Source: Candidatus Heimdallarchaeota archaeon (GTDB taxonomy: Archaea > Asgardarchaeota > Heimdallarchaeia > Heimdallarchaeales > Heimdallarchaeaceae). Taken from it: a stretch of 47,428 bases of DNA. Location: assembly GCA_021399395.1 (NCBI GenBank), contig JAAFKJ010000005.1, forward strand, positions 1 to 47,428, in the 5' to 3' direction. Of the stretch, positions 10,130 to 20,675 are shown piece by piece. Under the pieces are notes generated by a model. It worked only from the letters and a program-made list of their open reading frames with translations. It made no database searches and was not told where the DNA came from. Position 1 is the stretch's first letter, and every line of letters starts with the position of its first letter. The position numbers were made by a program, and so were the translations under genes.

Positions 10130-11347
10130 GTGATAAACTTGGATGAACAAAAGAAAACTGACCAAAAAACAAGTTCAAAGAGCAAAAGTACAACTAAAAC
10201 TTCTGCAACCAAAAAAACTACTTCACCAAAAACAAAAGAAGAAAAAACCGTTCTACGTCCTCCTGTAGAACAGTTGTATGGTGATGAATTAGTATTTTTA
10301 GAGTCAATAGATAAATTCGCAAAACCAAAAAATTGGTACATTTCCCCTCATTTGCTAAGAATTTTCATCTTAGGAAGTTCTTCTAAAGACAAATTAAGTA
10401 AGAAGATCGAGACAAAGTTCTATGGTAATCCAACTTTGGTAGAAAGGGCAATTGTCACTTTAGCCAGTGATAGAGGACTTTTACTTATTGGTGAGCCGGG
10501 AACTGGAAAATCTTGGTTAGCTGAATTATTAGCTGCTGGCATTAGTAAGAGGTCCACTTTAGTTGTTCAAGGGACAGCTGCTACCACAGAAGATCAGATC
10601 AAATATTCTTGGAATATAGCTGCTGTTATTGCAAAAGGTCAATCAACCGATACAATGATTCCCTCACCAATTATGACTGCTATGGAGAATGGGCTCATTG
10701 GACGATTTGAGGAATTAACTAGATGTACTTCAGATGTTCAAGATTCCTTAATTTCTATTCTCTCAGAGAAATACATCGCAATCCCTGAGTTATCAGATGA
10801 GAATGTTATCTATGCTCAGGAAGGGTTCAACGTAATAGCCACTGCGAACAGTAGAGATAAAGGAGTTAACGAGTTATCTTCTGCTCTGAAACGAAGATTC
10901 AATTTCGTTACTATACCTATTGTTACTGATCAAAAAACCGAGAAGGAGATAATAGAATTCAGAATTCAAGATCTGATGGAAAGAAAGGGTTTAGCTAAGA
11001 AGATACCAGCTTCACTTCTAGAAATCTTGCTTGAGACTTTCAAAGAGTTAAGAGATGTCAGTCTTTCATCTAGAAGCGAATCCGATAGATTAGAATCCTC
11101 TTTATCAACAGCTGAACAAATCAGCATTTTAGAAGATGCTTTATTGCAAAATACTTTCTTCAAAGATGTTGGACCAGAAAAAGCTCTAGCTCAATCCTTA
11201 ATCGGAGGGTTAACAAGAAGATTGCCTGAAGATCTAACTGTAATGAACAAATTCTGGCATGCAGTTATCGAAAAGAATAAAGCTAAATCTGAACAATGGA
11301 AGAAGTATTATTCCGAAGGTCAAAAAACTATGAAATCATTCCATTAA
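10130..11347 (+). CDS. MoxR-family AAA+ ATPase (YehL-like)
   Basis: Walker A GEPGTGKS, RFEELTR, ATANSRDKGVNELSSALKRRFNF. Confidence 0.9.
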   Translation: MINLDEQKKTDQKTSSKSKSTTKTSATKKTTSPKTKEEKTVLRPPVEQLYGDELVFLESIDKFAKPKNWYISPHLLRIFILGSSSKDKLSKKIETKFYGNPTLVERAIVTLASDRGLLLIGEPGTGKSWLAELLAAGISKRSTLVVQGTAATTEDQIKYSWNIAAVIAKGQSTDTMIPSPIMTAMENGLIGRFEELTRCTSDVQDSLISILSEKYIAIPELSDENVIYAQEGFNVIATANSRDKGVNELSSALKRRFNFVTIPIVTDQKTEKEIIEFRIQDLMERKGLAKKIPASLLEILLETFKELRDVSLSSRSESDRLESSLSTAEQISILEDALLQNTFFKDVGPEKALAQSLIGGLTRRLPEDLTVMNKFWHAVIEKNKAKSEQWKKYYSEGQKTMKSFH

Positions 11348-11361
11348 AGAAGGATGAACAA

Positions 11362-14316
11362 ATGGTTGCTGAAACAGTTCTAGAAACTAAATTTGAAGAT
11401 ACATTAAGAAGTAGTACATTATTGGATATTCTCAATGATATTATAAAAGAAGAAGGAAAGAACTATCAAAAATTACTTTCAATAACAACAAAGGATATTG
11501 ATGTTCTTCAAAAACAAAAACTAGAAATCATCCCGGTATCTCATCATTCATTAGCTTCAGCAATTCAGACGAGAATGAGGCTAGCAGAGAAAAAACCAAA
11601 AATTATCTTTCTTGAAGCTTCGGAAGATTTTCAAAAGCTTCTACCTGATCTAAAACACTGTACACTTCCTGTTGCATTTCAAGGGTTTGTTAGAAAATCA
11701 AATACAATTAAACCTGACAGACTACCCATTGCTTGTTATGCAGTAAATACGGAAGCGTCTGCTGAATATCAAGCAATCAAATATGCCAGCGAGAATGCAA
11801 ATACAGAAGTTGTTTTTGTTGATGCTTCTTGTGAACAAAGAATCCTCTGGCAGCTAAAATTCAAAGACACAAAAGTAGAAGAAACGCAAGAAGCTGAACT
11901 AGGGTTAAGCAGTGAAAATCAAATTCATCTTAACACGGCCGATTTATTACCCTCAAGAGAAGAATTTGTTGATCTATTAATTTCTAAAGCAGGTGTTTCA
12001 CACTTCTCTGAATGGTGGCTGGACATCGTAGAAAACACATTATTAGACACATCTTATGAGAATTTTCGTCAAATAATGACACTCATTGGTAGTGTCTTTA
12101 GAAGATTAGGATCGGAAGATAATGTAGAAAGTATAACTAAACATAGAGATAGTTTCATGTGGAACAAAATAAAAGATGTACTATCTCGTAAGAAGGTTCA
12201 ACCAGATGATTGTATCTTTATCTGTGGTGCTTCCCATGCCATAAAGATGGTAGAAGAGTGGGGGATGAATGGTAAGACTAGTAAAAATAAAGTGGTCGAC
12301 ACATCGAATTGGAAATACGGATTAGTTCAATCAGATTTCCTTTCAGTTGATGCACAGTTTGGTCAACTACCAGGAGTAACAGGGGAAATCGATGCAAGAT
12401 GGAATGCAATTAAATCTAAAATGTACTTAGTTAAACCGCAGGATCCTTCAAAATTGTTGGAAAAATATAGTATTAGTCAACACGATCAATTAGTACGTTG
12501 GGCTATTGATGTTGTTAAGAGAGCAAGAAAAGAAGGATATCTAACTAGTCCTGCCGATAGTATAGAAATTGTTAGAACTACATATCGATTCAAAGAATTG
12601 CGGAATAGACCTTATATTTCGAAACTTGATTTTATTGAAGCAGCTACTACGTGTATAGAAAAAGACGACCCCTATTTACCCAAAATTGAAGACTTGATTG
12701 GAAAAATTTTATTCATCAACAAAATGGGAAAGGTAGGTTACCATGCTTTACCGCCATTAGCACAAGATGTAATGGATCGATTAGCTTTTCTCAAGGTTCC
12801 ACAAAAATATACGAGAATAAAGCGTATATTATATGATTTAAGGAAGGAACCTCAATACCAACCTATCTCTGAATTGTTATGGTTATTGAAGTTCTTAGAA
12901 GTAAATGTAACCCCCATTGTAGGTCAGAAGAAACTTGGGATTCAAGATAATCAAGAATCTTGGGATCTATATTTGTTCAAACAACAAAATCCCCTTATTC
13001 GACTAGCTTATGAAGGAATTAGTGTTGAAGAAGTTTTTAGAAACAGAGTAGTAAAAACAATCACTAAGAAAAGCAAACCTGTGGAAATCCTCAAATCTAT
13101 TCATACAATACTGACATATCTTGATAATAATGATTTATCTCTAAATTATTTGAATAAAATGTTATTAGATAGCACATTTGATTTACGCTTTGAAAATCCA
13201 ATGGAGCTTTACAATCTTACAATCGAGATATTAAATTTCTATAGAACACAAAAAACAGGTGTTCCACAGTGGTTCAACAATTATATATTAACCGCGTATA
13301 GAGCTTACTGTCAAGAACTTGCATCAGCTGCAGATGATAGTACTATATCAACCGAAAGCATTGCAACGATTTTCAATTTCATTTTCAAAGTTGAATCTAT
13401 TGCTCTAGCACAAGGTGCCTCTAGAAATGAACTAGAATTGGCTTTCATTCTTATCAACAGATTAAAGTTGCCTTTAGGTAAGAAAGCAGTAGTTTTAGCA
13501 GCTGAATCTCTACTCAATCACGAAAAAGAGAAGGAGTTAAAAATGATGGTTGCTAAAACTTTCTGGAATCCATTAACCATACAAACACTCTCTGACTTAT
13601 TAGCAGGAGTAGTATATGCAACCAATTTCGCACCTAATGCAGTAAACATAATAATTGAACTCCTTGATCAGTGTTTTAGAAAACTTGATAATAATTTATT
13701 ATTCCAGTGGTTACCTCTACTTATCGATAATTTTTCAGAGCTGAATAGAGAATATATCAAGCAAATCGAAGTGGTAGTCAAACGTTACTATAAAGGTTCT
13801 ACTACGGAAATCGAGAAAATGGATCTTTGGTATGATGAAGACTACTATGATTCAGTTGCAGGAAAGACAAAAGCAGCTAAAGCACAACAAGCTGCTATTT
13901 CCAAACCTGTAACAAGTATAGAACCAACTACAGAACTTGGATCCTTTTTACAAGAGAATCCTTCCACAGTTAGTCAACTAGCCATTCTTGCGGGTATACA
14001 ACAGGGATGGGATACAATCGTGGAACAAGAATTAGAGATCGAAGATGTAGAACAACCAAAGATAGAAATCCAAGAAGTGAATTATCTAGGAAAATTGATC
14101 AACCAATATTCTGAAAGTGTTAATGCTATTAAGAACCTGCAAAATGTGGATTTAGAATTTGTGGGATCTGAAATCACAAAACAAACTGATGTTAGAAAAA
14201 CTGATGTTAGAAAAACTGAAGTTAAGAAAGAGGATGAAGGAGGAGTTTCTGCTATATTAAATGAGTATGATGATACTCTCAAAGAAATTAAGAAATTAGG
14301 AGAAGAAATAGAATGA
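11362..14316 (+). CDS. DUF5682/YehM-like protein
   Basis: PVSHHS, IFLE, SAEYQA, ICGASHA motifs; follows the YehL-like AAA. ATG 11362 avoids overlap with the upstream gene. Confidence 0.8.
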   Translation: MVAETVLETKFEDTLRSSTLLDILNDIIKEEGKNYQKLLSITTKDIDVLQKQKLEIIPVSHHSLASAIQTRMRLAEKKPKIIFLEASEDFQKLLPDLKHCTLPVAFQGFVRKSNTIKPDRLPIACYAVNTEASAEYQAIKYASENANTEVVFVDASCEQRILWQLKFKDTKVEETQEAELGLSSENQIHLNTADLLPSREEFVDLLISKAGVSHFSEWWLDIVENTLLDTSYENFRQIMTLIGSVFRRLGSEDNVESITKHRDSFMWNKIKDVLSRKKVQPDDCIFICGASHAIKMVEEWGMNGKTSKNKVVDTSNWKYGLVQSDFLSVDAQFGQLPGVTGEIDARWNAIKSKMYLVKPQDPSKLLEKYSISQHDQLVRWAIDVVKRARKEGYLTSPADSIEIVRTTYRFKELRNRPYISKLDFIEAATTCIEKDDPYLPKIEDLIGKILFINKMGKVGYHALPPLAQDVMDRLAFLKVPQKYTRIKRILYDLRKEPQYQPISELLWLLKFLEVNVTPIVGQKKLGIQDNQESWDLYLFKQQNPLIRLAYEGISVEEVFRNRVVKTITKKSKPVEILKSIHTILTYLDNNDLSLNYLNKMLLDSTFDLRFENPMELYNLTIEILNFYRTQKTGVPQWFNNYILTAYRAYCQELASAADDSTISTESIATIFNFIFKVESIALAQGASRNELELAFILINRLKLPLGKKAVVLAAESLLNHEKEKELKMMVAKTFWNPLTIQTLSDLLAGVVYATNFAPNAVNIIIELLDQCFRKLDNNLLFQWLPLLIDNFSELNREYIKQIEVVVKRYYKGSTTEIEKMDLWYDEDYYDSVAGKTKAAKAQQAAISKPVTSIEPTTELGSFLQENPSTVSQLAILAGIQQGWDTIVEQELEIEDVEQPKIEIQEVNYLGKLINQYSESVNAIKNLQNVDLEFVGSEITKQTDVRKTDVRKTEVKKEDEGGVSAILNEYDDTLKEIKKLGEEIE
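14182..14226 (+). repeat. 15-bp coding tandem repeat (TDVRK, about 3 copies)
   Basis: AAACTGATGTTAGAA twice plus a degenerate third copy. Confidence 0.75.
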
Positions 14317-16106
14317 TACATATAAAAGAATCAGAAAGCATAGGAATTTTAACTCAACCATCATCAAGAAAAAGTGGTGTAAAAAAGGTACCATTCGTAG
14401 AGTTTCATGATAATAAAATTCAAGGAGTGGTTTCAAGTGGAAGTAGTTTAGAGAGAGTATACGTATGTGTACTTGATTTCAACAAGAACACTTTTACTTG
14501 TCACACTAATAACAACAGACCTTGTGGCGGATTACGAGGGTCTATGTGCAGTCACCTATCGAGTTTAATGTCAAATGCTGGTAATGTTGAATCAATAAGG
14601 AATCTTGGCTTACTTAATAATACATACAACCTTCGCCAAGATGGATCAGCTAGATATTCCGAAGTTTTCACACGATTTCAAGAGAGACTGAGGTTTTTAG
14701 AGCTAGATGAAACACAACAAGAGAGTATTCCAGAAACAAGATGGTTTCACTCTAAATCAGGACAAATGAAAAGTGAATCTGTTGTTAATTTATATGATTT
14801 AACTGATAATCTGGATAAAACTACTAAATTAACACAGGAATTATCTTATCTTTTCTATAATGGTTTTAGCAAGTTAATTCAAAAAGAAAAAGAAAAATTA
14901 AGTCAGTTAGCTGATGGATTCAAAAATAGTCCTTTAAGAGAAATCGTGCCTCAAGGTCTCGAAAAACTGCAAAAAAATGATTTTAACAAAGACAATTTTA
15001 CAGCTTTGGTTTTAGCAATTACGTCAGTATATGGTGCTGTCCATGATGCTCTATATGACCAAGCAAAAGAAGTGGTGGGAGAGAAAACAATTTTCCACAC
15101 TCCTGAAGATTCTGTTTCGTTTGATGAATACGATGTGGAGACAAGAACTTTACTTGATAACATTCAGAACTGGTTGATTGACTTGGCTATAAGAGGTTTC
15201 TCAGATCTAAACAAAGAATCAATAATCTCCTTTGAAACTGTTTTACAAACTATTGAAGATAATGTTGAACTAAAGAGGCTAGGTGTAATTTTAAGAGGGT
15301 TAACAAATGAAATCCTTCTTGTTCTTTCTGACACTAAAAATGAGGAGCATGCAATCCAATTAAGATGGATGGATTTATGGTGCAAAGCATATCTTCTCAC
15401 TATAAAGAAACAAGCACCAGCTAAAGGAACAAAAGTCACAGGTAAATTGAAGTTAGTAGGTTTACAGACACATGTTCATACAAATTTCTTAACTGTAGTT
15501 TTTAACGGAATTTTGGAAGTAAACAAAGAGAACATATACGTAGAGATTGAAAAATCCAAATTTATTATAGATCTCATTCCAATAGAGGAATTTTGGCATC
15601 AGATCAAAACAGAGAATGCTGTTTTATTTGATGGATTACTCACTTCTAAAATAATTTCAGTTAAAAATGGAAATCTTTTCCAAAATGGAAATCTGATCTC
15701 AGAAGATTTTAAGGCTACAGCAAAAACATTTGTACTTTCAGAAGAGGTTGAGAAAATTGTTGGAAAATCATTGTCTATCTCTAAAGCACAGTCTATAGAT
15801 CGACATCCAATTCACTTCAAAGTACCATTTGTGATAGATGAGAAGGAAATCAAGGGAAATGAGGTCAAAGTAGGAGAAAAAGTTATCCCAATACGCTATG
15901 ATCATCAACCTGTAAAACGAAAGTCAGCGTTAAATAAATCTTTGATTGAACTCCGATTTGACAATGGTTGGTATTTCAAACCATTAACTTCTATGGGAGG
16001 AACTAATCAGTTTCTTGGACAATTAACAGTGAAACCCACAACTACAGCATCTATTTATGCCCTATTAAAAGAAAGAAGTAGCAAAATATTGAGAGATAAA
16101 AAATGA
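14313..16106 (+). CDS. SWIM-like zinc finger protein of the AAA/VWA cluster
   Basis: GVVSSGS..RVYV..FTCHTNNNRPCGGLRGSMCSHL; ATGA overlaps with both neighbours. Confidence 0.75.
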   Translation: MIHIKESESIGILTQPSSRKSGVKKVPFVEFHDNKIQGVVSSGSSLERVYVCVLDFNKNTFTCHTNNNRPCGGLRGSMCSHLSSLMSNAGNVESIRNLGLLNNTYNLRQDGSARYSEVFTRFQERLRFLELDETQQESIPETRWFHSKSGQMKSESVVNLYDLTDNLDKTTKLTQELSYLFYNGFSKLIQKEKEKLSQLADGFKNSPLREIVPQGLEKLQKNDFNKDNFTALVLAITSVYGAVHDALYDQAKEVVGEKTIFHTPEDSVSFDEYDVETRTLLDNIQNWLIDLAIRGFSDLNKESIISFETVLQTIEDNVELKRLGVILRGLTNEILLVLSDTKNEEHAIQLRWMDLWCKAYLLTIKKQAPAKGTKVTGKLKLVGLQTHVHTNFLTVVFNGILEVNKENIYVEIEKSKFIIDLIPIEEFWHQIKTENAVLFDGLLTSKIISVKNGNLFQNGNLISEDFKATAKTFVLSEEVEKIVGKSLSISKAQSIDRHPIHFKVPFVIDEKEIKGNEVKVGEKVIPIRYDHQPVKRKSALNKSLIELRFDNGWYFKPLTSMGGTNQFLGQLTVKPTTTASIYALLKERSSKILRDKK

Positions 16107-17557
16107 AAATTACAAACATAAATCCTAATGTTAAAGCTTTAACGCATTGGCATACCTTTCTTGGTTCACTAGGTTCTGATTCTCCCCTGAAAAAGCAAAT
16201 ATCAGACCTATCTAAGGAAAATAGCTTACCAGAAGATTTTATGAACCCACAAAAAAGCATGAGCGATCTAGAAAAACAAATGAAACAACAATTGAAAGAA
16301 GAAGACAAAGAAGACAAAGAAGGTAAGAAGCAAAAGCAAAAACAAAAACAGAAGCTGAAAAAAGGTAAGGAAGAGGTGATTTCACCAATCAAAGAAATGT
16401 TAATGAAATCAAAAACCATAATGGAGCTTTTTGCGCCTAGTCAACAAAAAAATATTAAAGCTAAAGACATGCACGAATGGAAAACTACAACGAAGAAATG
16501 GGAAGAAATGATTCGCAAAGATGCTGACAAAGCTGATATGGAAGCCGGTATGGAAGCTGGAATGGAAGCTGGAATGGAGGTTCCAGGGGGAGGTGACGGT
16601 GGTAGTGGAGAAGCTGGTGGAGTGACTGGTGGACATGGTATAGGTGCAGGTTTTACGATAAATAAGGATGATATTGAAGATGTTTTCTACCTTCTAGAAG
16701 CTAAGATGGTTAAGAAAATGAGTGTAATGGAACTTCTCAAAGATGAAGAATTGCATAAAACAATTGACCCTTCTATACACCTAGTAGAAGAGCTTCTCTA
16801 TCACAAACATTCACTAAGCGGGGTTTCTTTAATCCATGCAAAAGCTCTCATAAAAAAATATGTGGATAAAGTTGCAGAAGTGTTAAAACAGAAAGTCGAA
16901 AAAGCTATTCGCAAAATTCCTAATCCTGATATTGTACCTAAAAAAGTTTTCAGAAATCTCAATCTTAAGAGAACTATTTGGAAAAACCTACCAAACTGGG
17001 ATGACGAAGAGAAGCGATTGTTCGTTGACAAACTAATATATTACAGAGCAGGAAAGAAAACTATTCCAACCAAAATCATCATAGTCGTAGATCAAAGTGG
17101 TTCAATGGTTGATGCCATGGTTCAAACAGTGATTTTAGCTTCCATTTTCTCTGGTTTACCAAACACCGATATCGAACTATTTGCTTTTGATACTAGAGTT
17201 GTTAATCTTACCAAATACGTTAAGGATCCTCTTGAAGCTCTTATGCAAACCAGATTAGGTGGTGGTACACATATCAACGTTGCCCTTCTTGAAGCAAGAA
17301 AAGGTATCACTGACCCCAAAAACACTGCTTTAGTTTTAATAACCGATTATTATGAAGGCGGAAGTGAAGAAACTATGTTTAACACAATAATGTCTATGAA
17401 AGATGATGGGGTGAAAATCATTTCTTTAGCAAGTATGAATAAAAGAGGTTATGTTTCCGTTAACACTCGATTTGTTAGTAGACTAAAAAAACATGAAATT
17501 GAGACTGTACAAGGAAACTTTGATCAATTAATTGACAAACTTAAGAAATTCCTCTAA
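16103..17557 (+). CDS. VWA domain protein (CoxE/YehP-like)
   Basis: MIDAS motif DQSGSM, GGGT, LITDYYEG. Confidence 0.9.
   Translation: MKITNINPNVKALTHWHTFLGSLGSDSPLKKQISDLSKENSLPEDFMNPQKSMSDLEKQMKQQLKEEDKEDKEGKKQKQKQKQKLKKGKEEVISPIKEMLMKSKTIMELFAPSQQKNIKAKDMHEWKTTTKKWEEMIRKDADKADMEAGMEAGMEAGMEVPGGGDGGSGEAGGVTGGHGIGAGFTINKDDIEDVFYLLEAKMVKKMSVMELLKDEELHKTIDPSIHLVEELLYHKHSLSGVSLIHAKALIKKYVDKVAEVLKQKVEKAIRKIPNPDIVPKKVFRNLNLKRTIWKNLPNWDDEEKRLFVDKLIYYRAGKKTIPTKIIIVVDQSGSMVDAMVQTVILASIFSGLPNTDIELFAFDTRVVNLTKYVKDPLEALMQTRLGGGTHINVALLEARKGITDPKNTALVLITDYYEGGSEETMFNTIMSMKDDGVKIISLASMNKRGYVSVNTRFVSRLKKHEIETVQGNFDQLIDKLKKFL
16532..16579 (+). repeat. 12-bp coding tandem repeat (AGME, 4 copies)
   Basis: ADMEAGMEAGMEAGME followed by a Gly-rich linker. 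Confidence 0.7.
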
Positions 17558-17656
17558 TAGTCAGCAAATCAAACCTTTGACGTCAACATTCCTTCCGCGA
17601 ATCAAGTAATTGAAACAGACTATGCAGGTATTAGGTCAGGGCACAATTACCTAAAT

Positions 17657-19003
17657 TTAGTCGCTTGCATGTATAGCAGGTTGATTCCTCTTTTTATTAT
17701 CGTAGAAGCTTGCGGATTTGGATTTGTATTTGGATTTAGACTTGGATTTGGAATAGTTTTTCTTAGATTGGTTTGGTCTAGATTGGTTTGGTCTAGATTG
17801 GTTTGGTCTAGATTGGTTTGGTCTAGATTGGTTTGGCTTGGATTTACTATTATTATTAGATTTATCGCTTAAATAAAGCCTCTCTATTGGTCTCTTTGTC
17901 AAATCTTCTATTTTGCGAAGCATGGCCATTTGATCATCAACAGCAAAGGAGATAGCCTTTCCTTCATTTTCCATCCTGGAAGTTCTTCCTATCCTATGAA
18001 CATATATTTCTGGTCCTTCTCTTGGCAAATCGAAGTTGAAAATGTGAGTTACATGGGGGATATCTAGTCCTCTTGCTGCAACATTTGTGGCAATCAAACA
18101 GTCAATTTTCTTTTGTCTAAAGTTTCTCAAAACAAGTTCTCTTTGTTTTTGAGTTTTATTTCCACTCAATGTACTGAATCTTAGATAAAGATTTTTTTCT
18201 TGTGATAACTGCTTTCTAAGTTTGTCTCCCCATCTCCTTGTATTAACAAATATAATTGAGGATTTAGGTTTTTCTTCTTTAAGTATGGAAACAAATGTAG
18301 AATATTTGTGCTTGCTACTATTGACTCGATAATAATACTGTTTACAATTCGCTACTGTAAGATCATCTTTGCTCACATTTATCTCAACTAATTTTTCACC
18401 TTTGCTAAACTGTTGAGCTACCTTAGTAATCTGTTTAAGCATTGTTGCTGAGAAGAGTAATAAGCGGGGAGAAACATTTTCCATTGCTTCAAAGAGAATG
18501 AACTTTATATCTGGAAGAAAGCCCATATCAAGCATTCTATCAGCTTCATCTAGAACAACAAATTTTACATTATCAAAGGAAATAATTCTTCTTCTGTAAA
18601 GATCCATAAGCCTTCCTGGAGTAGCTATAACTATTTGTGCTCCAGATTTAATCTCTCGTCTTTGATTTTCGAGAGAGACTCCTCCATAAACCTCTACAGC
18701 TTTCAATCGTCTATACTTTGTTAACTTAGCAATAACACTATACACTTGTTTACACAGTTCTCTAGTAGGAACTAATATGACTGCTTGAACTGACTTGTGT
18801 TTGGGATTAATCTGATTAGCCATCGGAATAGCGAAAGCCAATGTTTTTCCTGTTCCAGTCTTAGCTTGAGCTAAAACATGAGTTCTTTGCCCATTAAGGA
18901 GTTTAGGGATAGCACTGCTCTGAATTTCAGTTGGAGTATGAATCCCCATTTCGTCTAATGCACGTTTTATCTGAGTGTTTAAATTATAATCTTGAAATTT
19001 CAT
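17657..19003 (-). CDS. DEAD-box RNA helicase with basic low-complexity tail
   Basis: AKTGTGKT, PTRELC, LDEAD, SAT, HRIGRTSR. ATG 19003 matches the paralog N-terminus (GTG 19012 is the alternative). Confidence 0.95.
   Translation of the reverse strand: MKFQDYNLNTQIKRALDEMGIHTPTEIQSSAIPKLLNGQRTHVLAQAKTGTGKTLAFAIPMANQINPKHKSVQAVILVPTRELCKQVYSVIAKLTKYRRLKAVEVYGGVSLENQRREIKSGAQIVIATPGRLMDLYRRRIISFDNVKFVVLDEADRMLDMGFLPDIKFILFEAMENVSPRLLLFSATMLKQITKVAQQFSKGEKLVEINVSKDDLTVANCKQYYYRVNSSKHKYSTFVSILKEEKPKSSIIFVNTRRWGDKLRKQLSQEKNLYLRFSTLSGNKTQKQRELVLRNFRQKKIDCLIATNVAARGLDIPHVTHIFNFDLPREGPEIYVHRIGRTSRMENEGKAISFAVDDQMAMLRKIEDLTKRPIERLYLSDKSNNNSKSKPNQSRPNQSRPNQSRPNQSRPNQSKKNYSKSKSKSKYKSKSASFYDNKKRNQPAIHASD
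17764..17836 (-). repeat. 15-bp coding tandem repeat (SRPNQ, about 5 copies)
   Basis: TAGATTGGTTTGGTC repeated 4 times plus a partial fifth. Confidence 0.9.
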
Positions 19004-19115
19004 TGATACCACTTTTTATAGTCTAACCTAAAATCAAGTATCAATTCTCGAGGATACGATTTTAAGTAATTATTTGGACGTTGAAAAAAACTTAAACAAA
19101 ATAATCACTTATTTC

Positions 19116-19160
19116 TAATCTTCCTCAACTACAAGCATTCTTATTAACTGCGCTTTAAAA
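19116..19160 (-). promoter_or_regulatory. TATA box plus conserved 15-nt leader motif of DEAD-box gene 1
   Basis: Minus strand TTTTAAA-N23-AGTTGAGGAAGATTA; same motif and spacing at 37897-37941. Confidence 0.75.
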
Positions 19161-19251
19161 GACTTCGATTGAACAGATTTTAAGTTGTTTCTTTAGAATC
19201 AATTATCAAAAAAGAAAAAAAAGAAAAAAATGAAGAAATTCAGCTGTCTAA

Positions 19252-20568
19252 CTAATTTTTCTTTCGTCTTCCAATAAATGAAACAGATGCAACAGATATT
19301 GACATAAGTAACAGTAATGTGACAATTTGCTTTGAAAATTCAGGTACTACTATTGGTTCTCCAAGTGGATAAAGATCTACTGATCCAGCGGTTCCGTCAA
19401 TGATATAGTCGCCGCCTGACCAATCGTTCCACCAATTTCCTTCACTAGTGCTTATATCCCACCAGATGTTATTTGTTCCTGAATCTCTTGCTTGTGAATG
19501 TCCTATACGATTGTCTATGAAATGATTATGGTGTATAGTATTGTTATATGATCCTTCAGATATATCAACTGCAAAGCTTGGATGGTCTTGGATGACATTA
19601 TAAGTGATGTTACAATTGCTTGTAGTTACAAAAGATAAACCATATGTCTCACTTACACCAAAGGTGTTATTTGATATCAAAAGATTATCACACATAGTGG
19701 CGCTAAGACTGCCTTTATCCGTCAGTTCAACCGTATTGTTAAATATAGTTCCGTTAGTAATATAGCTCAAATATAATCCTGCTCGTTCTAGATATTCATA
19801 TTGACTATAATCTATTCTAATGTTTCTAACTATATTATATTCTATTGTTATTCTGTCTGAATATTCAACCGTTATTCCTCCACCAGCAACTACTGTCAAG
19901 CCTTCAAAATCAATATAATTCGTTGAAATAATACTGTCAGAACAATTTTCAAGAAATATTGCAAAGTATTTATCTACTTCTCCAGCTTTAATTGAAACGT
20001 CAATCGGTTCGGTTACTTTCTTAGTGGGCGGATTATCTTCGTATAATGCGTTATTTTCTACGGTTGCATATGGACAGTCTACTACATAAATCCCAGTTAT
20101 GCCGATATAGTTACAAGTGTTGTCTTCTATTATTACGCCTTCAGCTTTTTCTGCGTATATCATTCTCTCGTAAGACATGACTCTGTTGTTTATTATCTTA
20201 GCAGTATTTGGAGTAACATTGCTGACATAAATCCCGTGAAGACCTCTTACCAACTTGACTGCAGAGACATCATTATTCCTGATTTCAAAATGCACTGTTG
20301 TTCCGGTTATATTTATCCCAGATTCATCAACAGTTAGTGCTTCAATGTCGAATCCCTCAATAATATAAGGGTGGGTTTCATTTCCGTAACCTGGATAAAT
20401 TGAAAAATCAGAATCATCATCAATAACAATAATTGGATCTGCATTAATTGTAGGCTGGGGTGTTATAATTGTTGCTGAAACTGTATTGGTAGTCATTTTA
20501 CCGTAAGTTGTTAGAAATAGAATTAGGAAAGAAATTATGGATATTTTTATTATTTTACTTTTTTTCAT
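19252..20568 (-). CDS. secreted parallel beta-helix (NosD/CASH) protein with PEF-CTERM-like anchor
   Basis: Signal peptide, GxGxxxxPYII N-cap, IxxN repeats, GNWWNDW..D.YPL C-cap, VPEF-TM-RRKK tail. Confidence 0.85.
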   Translation of the reverse strand: MKKSKIIKISIISFLILFLTTYGKMTTNTVSATIITPQPTINADPIIVIDDDSDFSIYPGYGNETHPYIIEGFDIEALTVDESGINITGTTVHFEIRNNDVSAVKLVRGLHGIYVSNVTPNTAKIINNRVMSYERMIYAEKAEGVIIEDNTCNYIGITGIYVVDCPYATVENNALYEDNPPTKKVTEPIDVSIKAGEVDKYFAIFLENCSDSIISTNYIDFEGLTVVAGGGITVEYSDRITIEYNIVRNIRIDYSQYEYLERAGLYLSYITNGTIFNNTVELTDKGSLSATMCDNLLISNNTFGVSETYGLSFVTTSNCNITYNVIQDHPSFAVDISEGSYNNTIHHNHFIDNRIGHSQARDSGTNNIWWDISTSEGNWWNDWSGGDYIIDGTAGSVDLYPLGEPIVVPEFSKQIVTLLLLMSISVASVSFIGRRKKN

Positions 20569-20675
20569 TTACTCACCAAATCTTGTAATGTTTTTGGCAC
20601 ATAGTAAGTAATGAAATTGGCACATATAAAGATTATGCCAAAAAAAGCAAATCAAAAGGGAAGCAATAATTCAAA

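Noticed and set aside
17764-17836. Tandem repeat as a possible CRISPR array
   Set aside because: No spacers, lies in frame within a helicase, and no cas genes; I saw no CRISPR array in the window.
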